42,301 nt of DNA from positions 1 through 42,301 of the forward strand of contig DF237650.1 of assembly GCA_000708835.1 (NCBI GenBank). Direction: 5' to 3'. Below the pieces are notes generated by a model, which searched no databases, was not told the DNA's origin, and was given only the letters and a program-made list of their open reading frames with translations. A program made the position numbers and the translations under genes. Below are positions 24,601-34,826 of this stretch, piece by piece. Origin of the DNA: Klebsormidium nitens. Taxonomy: Eukaryota; Plantae; Klebsormidiophyceae. Each line of letters starts with the position of its first letter. Positions within the stretch are counted from its first letter, which is position 1.

Positions 24601-24857
24601 AGCATCCACCCCCCCACGAAGTCGAGGCTTCGACATCGCATAAAATAGAAACTAATAAAGAGGTAACGGTGGGGAACGGTGCGCATGACCATGTTTCCGG
24701 GGGTAACGGGCATGGAGAGTCGCACCAGAACGGCTCCGGGGGGGCAAACGTGACTGACAAAGTAGGGGGGCAGATCGAGGATGTTGTAGACGACCCTGAT
24801 CTAACTTTGGTTGCAGCCCGGGGCAAAGAGTCGGCCTCTCAAACGGGGAAGGAGTAG
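18632..24857 (+). CDS. RER5/RER6: RETICULATA-RELATED 5/6-like plastid protein (ChaN/DUF399 haem-uptake-like domain plus DUF3411), about 899 aa, 10 exons
   Basis: Exons 18632-19354, 19768-19895, 20302-20620, 21034-21278, 21694-21918, 22303-22406, 22795-23111, 23588-23683, 24006-24122, 24432-24857; 2700 nt, phases consistent. Transit-like N-terminus, then a Tat-like signal [17 protein letters not shown]. Motifs [56 protein letters not shown] and SANLRYQAIAG. Confidence 0.9.
22719..22775. repeat. Imperfect (CATAAT)n microsatellite in RER intron 6
   Basis: About 9 units of TCATAA/TCATAG/CCATAA ending about 20 nt upstream of the 3' splice site at 22794. Confidence 0.85.
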
Positions 24858-26083
24858 CTCGATTGAGTTTTTTCTCCCAGGCTTGACCCGGATTGGATTT
24901 GCGTTGACGGTGTGCCGGCAGTGTCGACTGCATGGAGGCAACCGTTGTCTGCTTTGTGCTGAACTGCGCCGCTTACAAGCTTTTGCTCCAGCGATCAGCT
25001 TAGCTCTCAGACGTCTCAACAGCCTGACATTACCATTTGCAGAGCGTAAATCACAACAGAAGTACTTCCCAACGTCTCCAGAGAAGCACGCGTGCGGCCA
25101 TGTGTATATTGTACACTGATGCCAACACAATCTCGCCATCGGAGCATGCTTGCATGCTGTGCCGGGCATCTGAGCCCAGAGCCCAGGGGGTTCCGGTGGC
25201 CGATCATGCGATCGGACTGGAAGTCGTGTTGACGTTCGGACACCCAACATGCATGCACGGAATTGTTGGATCAGCGGCGCCATATGCGAAATTGCAGCTA
25301 TAGCGCTGGGCCGGCATACATGTGCAGCCACAGGCCGGCCATGCTCAGTCGTTAAACATGATGCACTATTTACCGCATGCTCCTCAAATCAGTAGCTGTC
25401 CCGAATTCGTAATTGAAGCTGATTGCAGGCTTTGTTGAAGCCCTTCAGACACCAGGCTTCCGTTCATGCGATTACCACGAATCTTTGTACTGAGGCTGCA
25501 TGCCGGCTAGGGGCGGCCTGTGTGCAATCCTTGACCGTACTAGCTATAGTGACTCGATTTATCAAACCAATAGTCACCTTGTCTCGAGCTGGGCACAGGT
25601 ATGACAGCTTCGACGTAACTAGCGCTGTATGCAATGAACCCTCAAGGTGCACATGGCACAATTGAATTATTCATGTACGGAACATTGCATGGGCTGTGCA
25701 AACGTGGAGCCTGCATAGGCTCGATGTCGGACAAGACCAAGCGCCTTCTTCAGTGGGAATGACAAGATTATTGACTGCAGAAGCTGGACTCTTAAGAAGT
25801 CAGCTAAATGTACGGGATATATAATCCCAAGTCTGCTGCACAGATACTCGTTGTCCTAGTTGCATTCCCTACCTGACAGCGCAAATCCACGCCAAGTCCA
25901 GGCCCCGCTCTCCGTGCAGTAAAATGTAACCATGGGCGAGATGTCCATTGACTCTCAGGGCCTATCTATACAGCATCTTTGCAGGCGCACCGCCCAGATG
26001 TTCTAAATCTAGCCGGCCCGCTGGATTCTTACTGGTACACGAGCCTATTCCTAAATAGAACCACTACACACTCGACCGCGGCA

Positions 26084-29000
26084 CTACGTCGGCGCGCCGA
26101 GAGCGCGCCCGATCGCCGTTTTCTGCTCCGCGCTGAGCCGCGCCGGGAACTTTATGTCAAACTTGACCCGCAGGTTGCCCTTCTTCCCGGGCTCCTTGGC
26201 GATCGGCATCCCCTCCCGCGGCACCACCTTCTCTGTCGTTGGCGTAATCACCTCATTCGCGGGGATTGTGAGCGTCCGCCCGTCGAGCGTCTTCACCGAG
26301 ATCGTGTAGTCGCCAAGCGCCTGCGCGAGCGAGATCCGAAGCGTGGTGACGAGGTCGTTGCCGTCGCGCTTGAACGTCGGGTGCGGCTTCTCGTCGATGA
26401 TGAAGACGAGGTCGGCGGGGACGACGCCCGGCTGCTCGTTGCCCTTCTCGGGGAAGGTGATCTTGGTGCCCTTCTTCCACCCGGGCTTCACCTCGATCGT
26501 CAGGATCTCGTCCACTGTCATCGTCTTTCTGCAACAAGGAAGACGGGACTTGTCAAGATCCACTTCTTAGGAGGAGCCCGCGACTGACGGGGTCTTCGCT
26601 GGTGAAGAACGGCAAAGGCCACCGTACCCTCTTGGCTAATTGTGCAACTCTACTGTAAGGTTAGGTAAGACGCACAGTTCGGGTCCAACCAGCGGTATTG
26701 CAACGAGGGTTCCGCACAAGCTCCCAAGTCCAGTAGAACTGGCTCTTGCTCGGATCTCGTATCATTACACATTCCTGGCGATGATTCTCTACGGGTTATA
26801 ACGAGGGTTGATGCCAGATTATGGGGCCCAAGCCACTAAAGATTCAGGAAGCAGCTTTCACCACCATCGTCGATTTTCGCAAGATCTTTCTTTCGTCGCA
26901 TTCCAGAGTTTCTGCGCCTTCTTGCAAACAACCTGCTCGTCTAGACAAAATAAGCTGCTCGACACCCCCCACCGAGTACAGTAGATACCGTGTGCCCATC
27001 GACAAACGTTCACGGAAGCATAAGAGACGAGTATACTTTCTGCATCAGCCTAAGCTCTTGATGCTTGGACGATAGATTCTCTGACCAGAACCGCTTACTG
27101 CGGGTTTCTTTGTGCATCCGACTTTTGAGGATATGTCTCAGCAATGCCTGCTCAATCTGCTTCTATAGAGAGAATGAGCTTCGCGCTCAGCACAGCATCT
27201 TCTTTGTTTGTGTCACCATCTTGCAATCAGGTTCAGGTATTCCGTACCCGCTATGATAGCCAGAGTAACAAAGCTGCCCTTTGGAAAAGCCTCTGCCACC
27301 AACCTCACCGAGGTGTCTCATTGTAAACCCACGAACGATTCTCAAAGACAACCATGAAACGGCATAAGGAAACCAGCAGCCAGCGAAAGATCAGAGACTC
27401 ACCCAGAGGGGTCTGCGATTTGGCGAGAGATCTTCATTTTCCGCGTGGAGCCCGTGTACAGCTCCTCCAGCGAGCACTGCAGCTTGTTCTCCAGCGCCTG
27501 CGCCTTCTTTGGGCCCGGCGCCGGCCCCCCCCCACTGCCCCCCATCCCCCCAAACATGCTCTCCGGACCCATCCCCCCAAACCCGCCGAAATCCATTCCC
27601 CCCATGCTGCCCCCCCTTTGGGGCCCTCGCCGGTCACCCCCCATCGCTCCCATCCCGTGGCCCCCAAAACTGAATGGACTGGACCCCCCGAAAAATTCCG
27701 AAAAGATGTCCTCTGCGGCCCGGGGGGTGTACCGGAAGCTTGCGCCACCGGCCCCCCGCCGTTTTGGAACGGGCTCGGCCCCGCCCCTGGAGGGGGAACC
27801 CCCTTTAGGCCTTCCTCGCCATACTGGTCATAGACAGCTCGCTTTTGGGGGTCACTCAGCACCTGACAGAGAGCAGGCCGCGTTGAGTGCTGATTGGAGA
27901 CGTGCATTTAGCAAGAGATTGGGGTAAGAGGGGGAGTATGCAGGCTGTGTGCAGAGAGTCGAAGAAGGTAGCCTGAGCAAAGGTGCAGGAAAACTGATAC
28001 AAACCGTCATGAGGCTCTACTGAAAGGTCAGTGATGTGGATGAATCTACGAACTTGCACTCTGACAGAGCACATGTTCCGCGTGTGATTGAATCCCTGGT
28101 GAGAAACAGGTATGATTTACTTGCCAGCATTCAGCTTGGCCCTGGGGTCTGGACAAATCTCGAGCGGGCAGCCCACGTGAATGAAAATCAGTAGGACAGG
28201 ATGCCACTCTTGATGCAGACAAGTAAAGTGATGCAGACAAGTAAAGTGCACGCAGCAATCACAGCGCACTTGAGAAGTCGGCAATAACGAAGTGGCCGAA
28301 TCAGTGACCAAAGCTTTTCTGACGTAGCAAAACACAACCGGCGCAAATTGCTGCCTGAGGGAGACCGCCCCGCAACTTTTCGCGAGTTGATTGAGCCCGA
28401 ATTGACGGCGTCCTGCTCAACAATGCCGGAAACAAGACCCAAAAACAGGCCCATGGCAAAATATCAAAGCACGTCCACCCAAACGGCAGCACGTACCAGG
28501 TTATGCACACATGTGAGTGGTTGCAGACACTAAGGCACAGCTACAGATCGTTTCATGCCAGCGGGGAACAGAATGCATGGAAAACCCTAGATTCACCCTA
28601 AAACCAGACGTTCCATGGTGACAGCGCTGAACCAACTAGGAAGGTTGCAGTGCACAGGCCAATTGACAGCTTCCTCCTTCCGACCTTAGCTCTGCATGAA
28701 CCGAGGGCCATGCAAATCTCAACACGTGTGCATACCAACAGCCCTTTCCTTCGTAGATCGAAGAAATGGTTGAGCCTCCTGCTCCTGAGCTTCATCAACA
28801 AAACCAAAAGAGACAGCTTTTCTTACGATGTTCCCTACACTCTGGGAAGAGGCTTGCTGACATGCACGCAACAGCAAGCAAGCCCGCCAGCAAGCAAAGA
28901 TAAAAGCACAACAAGTCTTGTCAGCAATGAGGCTCCCTCCCAGTCGAATTTAAAACTAGCTAGTCACCCGCCCAGAGTCAATAGGTCCCTTCCCAAGCGG

Positions 29001-29717
29001 CAACATTGCTGCACTACTTTTTGCGGCCAGGCGGCCAGGAAAGCATAAGGCAGATTAGCAAATGACACAGTCAATAATGCAGACAGAATAATTTGGACAA
29101 GTGCAAACCAAAATATCAAGCCGAAGCTGGCGGTCATTGACCGCGAAGCATTACCATTTCTAAAGCTCCTGTTTCGCAGCACGATATCACAAAACTACTA
29201 CAAAACACAAAACATCTTACTCAACTAGAGTACAAGGAAAGTGCTCCAGAAAGCGGCAAAGTGCAAAAATTACCACATTCTCGGGCACTACCTTGAAAAA
29301 TCAAGGAATGAATGAATGAATGAATGAATCTTCGCCCGGTGCCGAGCAGCATGCAGCGTGCAAAGATGTACTAGTGACTCAGGAGGGAGGATGCAAAGAT
29401 ACTTACATCGTATGCCTCCGAGATCTGCTTAAACTTTGCCTCTGCAGCTGCCTTGTTATCCGGATTCTTATCTGCACAAACAGAGCGCTAGATGAGTTTG
29501 GGAGCTCTGTAACCCACATTAAAAGTTACACCGTGGCTCTGCGCAACTTGAGGGGATGTGAAGCCTCCTTGCTCAGAATCCACTGCAATCGAGATGATTC
29601 CAGCAGAGACCGCGTACCTGGGTGCCATTTCATGGCCATCTTCCGATAGGCCTTCTTAAGCTCATCTTCCGAGGCGGTCTTTGGAACTTTCAGCAGACTA
29701 TAATAATCAGCCCCCAT
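26084..29717 (-). CDS. Type II DnaJ/Hsp40 (J domain, G/F-rich region, C-terminal domain; Sis1/DNAJB-like) with an apparent 1-nt frameshift in exon 3
   Basis: Exons 29717-29618, 29471-29407, 27862-27403, 26528-26084. [20 protein letters not shown]|DKNP (HPD split by an intron), [23 protein letters not shown]. No zinc finger. Exon 3 is 460 nt but its splice phases require 461. Confidence 0.9.
29308..29329. repeat. (GAAT)n microsatellite in DnaJ intron 2
   Basis: About 5 consecutive GAAT units. Confidence 0.75.
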
Positions 29718-30211
29718 CGTGACAGACTACGCCCTGGACGTACTCCTTTTCCTTAATAACGACGTCTCCTCGTCTTTTCTGATTGCGAAAAGCACCTACG
29801 CCGCACTTAATCAGATTTGTGATATTGCCTCTTCGTTCAAACGTTCAAGCACTCAGGGCTTCCCAAAAGGAGGCTCTAATGCGTTTCAACATTCAGGATC
29901 GGCAAACTTTCTTCGCCTCTCAGACTGGCCGCCTTTGTCTTGTCACCCTTGCCTCCCTCTCTCGAGTCATGTGCATTGTGCTAGAGCTGTAGCCTGTAGT
30001 CTGAAGAAGCCTCATTCAAAATGCTCAAGAAGGGTGCGCAGCGAATTAGGGCACTGGTTTTGAGCTCGCTGTTTGACTTCATCATGAAGAGGAGTCACCG
30101 GCTGGAAAGTTGTGCGCCCGACCAGCCTGTATACACCGGGTGGCCGGTGATCCCTATTATGGTACGCACCGTGCTTACTTGGCTAACTTTTGGGCTCGCC
30201 AACTCTGCAGA

Positions 30212-30226
30212 TGAAGCTTCTGGAAC
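30212..30226. promoter_or_regulatory. Perfect three-unit heat shock element (nGAAn-nTTCn-nGAAn) in the divergent promoter region
   Basis: TGAAG CTTCT GGAAC, located between the DnaJ ATG (29717, -) and the first DJ-1/PfpI ATG (30670, +). Confidence 0.55.
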
Positions 30227-30669
30227 AACCAGTTGTAATCACGGTAGGTACTGGAAAGCTACCGGCTAGTGAAAACCCCCCCGGGACGGTCACCAGGCCG
30301 GGACGGGCACCTCCCTGGCCCGCCTGGTCAAGATCGATCGACCGTCGATGAGTGGCTGGAAGCACATGCACCGTTCAATCTAGCGAACCCTAAGTCCTGG
30401 ACCGGACCAGGTTCGTTGCGGGGCCAGCTGGCAAAATGGCGCAGATCGAGGAGGAAGCAGAGCTCGGAGTCGAGGGGAATGCGCATTCTTTACAATTTCT
30501 TCCAGCCTGCCCCTTTGGTGATTTCCGTGAGGCATTTGCCAGGGTCTTGCAAAGTTTGAGCAGGAAGACAACGGCTGTGTTGCTGCGCTTTCTCGATTCC
30601 CCACCTCATTCAGAAAGGAGGCAGTAGTTGGACATTTTTGAACGTTGGACTCTACTTTGTGTGGCAGCT

Positions 30670-33414
30670 ATGACAAAGTCCGTGTTGATCCTCTCAACCT
30701 CCCGTGAGAAGCTGCCTGTTGGAAATGGTGACAAAAAGCTAGGGGCCTTGTGGTGAGCTTTTCTTCTTGTCTTATCATGTGGGGCTGTTTGTCAGTCACC
30801 ACAAGCACCAGTCCATAATTGCCTGGGCAGTGCATTGCTTTCCCCTCTGCCGAGTTCCAGCCCTCTTCTAAAGGGTTCTCAGCGACACGGGTTTTACACT
30901 GTGCAGGAACCTAGTGCATGCGTGAAGTTCATGAAGTCGTTATCTTGATTGGAGATGTCATCTTTGACAGTGAGCTGCTCATCTTGCCGTTGTGTGGAAA
31001 CTGTCTCTTGGCTGACTGAATGCCGGTCAACCCCAGTGGTATTTGTCCTCTATTGGACAGTAATTGTCTGCCTCCACACTTATTGCTTACTGCAGAGGTG
31101 TATATCTGTGCATCTCAGGTTGGAGGAGCTGGCGGCTCCCTACTTTGTTCTAACGGAGGCTGGCTTTGACGTCACGGTTGCATCTGTGAAGGGTGGCAAG
31201 ATTCCCGTAGGTACGTCGTGATCCTTTTTGAGCAGTTGACCATGTTTCAGCAGGTCATTGCCCCACGTCGCCAGAGGTTAACGAGGCTTCTGAGAGCTGC
31301 CCTTCCAGCGAGAGGACCCCTGCAAAGACGCCTTGCGACACAGTGCTTGCAATTTGGTGTCAGCATTGCCAGGATTACTTGCACGAGTCCGCTTTCAAAC
31401 TTATGTAACTGGTCATCCTTGTTCTTGCAGATCCAAACAGCCTTTCAGAGGGTTTCAAGACTCCCGATTGTGAAAAGTTTCTTGGCAATGGTGAGTTGGA
31501 GCTTTATTGAAGTAAGATTGGTTGAATTCTGACTTCTGGTTCTTGGACATTCCAGGGCTCAGAGAGGTTGCGATGTCGTTTTTCATGAATGTTGGTATGT
31601 GCTGTGCCAGTCCGTTTGCTGGAGGGCCTTGCAATCAAGCATAACGGCCTTTTGCACTAGCCTGATGCTTTGCTTTTACATCCTAGTGGCATCTTGAATG
31701 TGTAAGCAAGGTACAGCCTGCAATCAGGAGCCATCTCTGGCTGATGATCGTGTACTTTGTGCCTGTTGACAGGTTACAGACATCACTGTTGGTTTTCTTG
31801 TAGAAAATAATCAGAGATAACTGACAGATATACAGACATTTGAAGTACGGTTTGTGGTTGCATCGCTCAGTACCTCTTTTGGATCTATGCAGAGAAGACG
31901 AAGAAGCTCATTGAGGAGTCAATCGCACTCAAGGATCTCGACAAGACCTTTGATGCAGTGTTTCTGCCAGGTACGTCTTATTTATCCGATTTTACACAGA
32001 GCTTAACTTTTGAGTACCTTCCCTGCTCTCTGAACTCTCATCACGCAAGGGCAGGCTTAATGGAGCAACCAACTGTCCACGGTGCCTGTTTGTATCTCAA
32101 AGGTCAGAATTCTTTTCTTGTGGAATTTTAAGGAAGCGGTCATGAATTCTAACATCTGAAGCTCAGTTTTGGGCACCAATCGCTTTGTCTTGCAGTCAGC
32201 TAGACCCTTTCCTTGCACTGCTTTTCTTCCTCTTCTTCCTCAGCCTGTGTTGTCAGGCAACTGGTGAGTAGAGTCAGGCAACCTGTTGTCTTTGCAGGTG
32301 GTCACGGTGCTTGCTATGACCTGAACACGGACCCGAATGTGATTGCCCTTCTGGAGAAGCAGTGGGCGGCAGGTGGGGTGATTGGTGCCGTGTGCCACGG
32401 ACCCGCAGGCCTCATCAAGCCGCAGCAGCACAGCGGCGACCCCATTGTCAAGGGCAAGAAGGTGGGGCGTGGGTCCTATCCTTGTTCAGAATTTTTTGAT
32501 CTCTGAACTCCAAGACCTCTGAACTCTGGACTCTGAGATATCTGGAAGCGATGGTATACAATCGCGATGGTTGAAGCTGAACGCTTGTCGTTGGGGGTTC
32601 AAAAATCGATTCCTAGCTGCTTCATTCGTAGAACCAACTCGAGAGGTGAAGTCAGATTGTCCCCTGGAGGTCTGCTTCGGGTCCTTTGACAGATACCGTG
32701 ACCCGTTGGCCCGACAATTGCTCATTACGAAGTGACTTATTCGATCCTGCCCCTCAAGGGCTGACCGCCCCAGTTTGTACTTATTGGCTTGTAGTCTAAT
32801 TATTCGGTCTTCGTTTATGGAACCTGAATTCATTGAGATTGCTCCGAGGTCTGCCCAATCATTTGCTCAGCATTGGCCTGTTCCGTATGTCAATGCTCAA
32901 GAGTCAATGAGATGACCCCTTCATAAGCTGGATTAGTGTTGTGCTCTCTTCAGGTGACGGGCTTCAGCAATTCGGAGGAGGCTGCGGTTGGAATGACCGA
33001 CGAAGTTCCCTTCTTGCTGGAGGACGCACTGAAGGAGCAGGGCGGGATCTTCTCGGCAGGGCCAGATTGGGTAAGCCTCTTCGAGTCAAGCAGATTCGAT
33101 GCGTGTCGGCCTGTTGATTTTCAGTAGATGGTAGCGCGTGTTATGTTGCACTCACCCGTCGTGCTCATGTTGACAAAAGAGCTGCAAAAGACAGCCTCCA
33201 TTTGTAGTCATGTTGGGGGATTTTACTGAACGACGTCTAACGTCCTTCCTCTTTATTCGAGGGGCTCGCTTTTTCAATGGTGGGCTCTGATGTTGAACTT
33301 TTGTGTTATTTACAGGGGCCGTATGCTGTTGCCGACGGCAACCTGATCACTGGTCAGAATCCTGCCAGTTCGTCTGAGGTGGCTAAGCTGATTGTGAAAG
33401 CCTTGTCGACTTAG
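30670..33414 (+). CDS. DJ-1/PfpI (class I GATase fold) Hsp31-like protein, putative glyoxalase III/deglycase, paralog A, about 230 aa, 7 exons
   Basis: Exons 30670-30752, 31119-31210, 31431-31490, 31893-31970, 32298-32461, 32954-33070, 33316-33414. Motifs WLEELAAPY, FLPGGHG, AVCHGP (Cys-His), VTGFSNSEE, VPFLLED and LITGQNPAS. Confidence 0.92.
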
Positions 33415-34826
33415 ACAGGTTGAATTGCACGAATCTTTTCGAAGCGCTTTGGTGTCGAGGTCTTTTGGTCAACTCGACAATCAAGCACGGCTCGGGCAGC
33501 CGCAATTTTACCGGTTTTGAGAATAAGCAATAATCAGTCAGGTCCTCTTCCCTTCATAGCAGCGGCCCGGTTGACAGCAGAGACTTCCGGTTGCATTTTC
33601 GTAAACAGCTGTGGTAGGACTGGTCTATATTGATTGCAATGCCGTACTTTAAGACGGCACGTTAGCAGAGTGCCGGGAACCGTGCGCAATAGGACAACCA
33701 AACGTCTCACAACCATGTGACGGTGCAGAAAAGGTATGGATGGCTTCGTTCAGCATACCGGCACGCATGTGTGCTGGGATGTGTGCATAAAAACAGACAC
33801 CAACAGGTAGATGCCACATATGCATGCATTGTAACGGGACACAACAGGCATCTCACATGACCGCTGCCGCCGTTTACTCGTTTTCTGCTTGCACATGCCA
33901 ATAGCTAGCTTTGGTCAAAAACATGTTCAAAGCGCCTTCAATGAATGTGTGCAGAAGTTGCAATTGGCATTGGCATGAATGTAGCTTCTGAGGTTCATCT
34001 GTGTAGCGAAGCTTGCAGTATACTCCGGCCCGCATGGAATCTTTGAATCTATTTATATATTTTTAAGTGGTCAAACGCAGGATGGCGTGCAGCATCCATT
34101 GCTCGGGGGGTCCAATTACATGCAAGCTAGTGCATGCCAACATGGTCCAATGATCAATATCTCCGGGGCAGATCTTACTGAACGCGCGCCGGGGCCAGCG
34201 CTGAGTGCGTCTTTTCTGACATGCATGAGGAGCTCCCGTCGAACTTGTGCACTTGCCAAAGTCTGCTAGCTGCTTTGGCCTCGCTTGCCTCCGACGCTTT
34301 GGAACTCTCCAACATCTGCCTTCTGCGTGCATGAGATGCGTGAGTGTGCTTAGGAGAGACACATGCTAATGGGGAGCCCTCGAAGCCGTACAATTCGTGG
34401 TATTTACAAAGACGACCGTCATTTTGACGTCCTGCCAATGATGAAACAGCATGACCGATCATGATCGTGCATGAGAGGGCTGATCCTGATTTGGCGGTGA
34501 CTGTACGGATCTGACGCACTGCGCATGGTGCTGAAAGAATCTCGAAAACACAAACCTTCGCTTCGAAGCATCAAAAGTCGTTCGAGCTTGCAGAGTGTTC
34601 TTGATTCTGCATCGCAGGCCTATGACTCCGCACAAACAGCAAAGGATCAAGCGCGCTTTCTCCATTCGCCTTTTCTTTCCTTATCATCCGCCCCTCGCTC
34701 CTGAGTAAGACGCGCCGCTCTTCTTAGTGAAGAAACAGCGTTCGAGAGGAGCGCTTTGGCCGCCGGCAGCGCTTGCTTTCGAAAAGGGAAGAACAGGGAT
34801 AGCCGCACAGAAATTCACCTGCCAGG

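Noticed and set aside
28208-28248. Two-copy 18-bp tandem repeat GATGCAGACAAGTAAAGT in DnaJ intron 2
   Set aside because: Simple slippage duplication; not a CRISPR-like or functional array.
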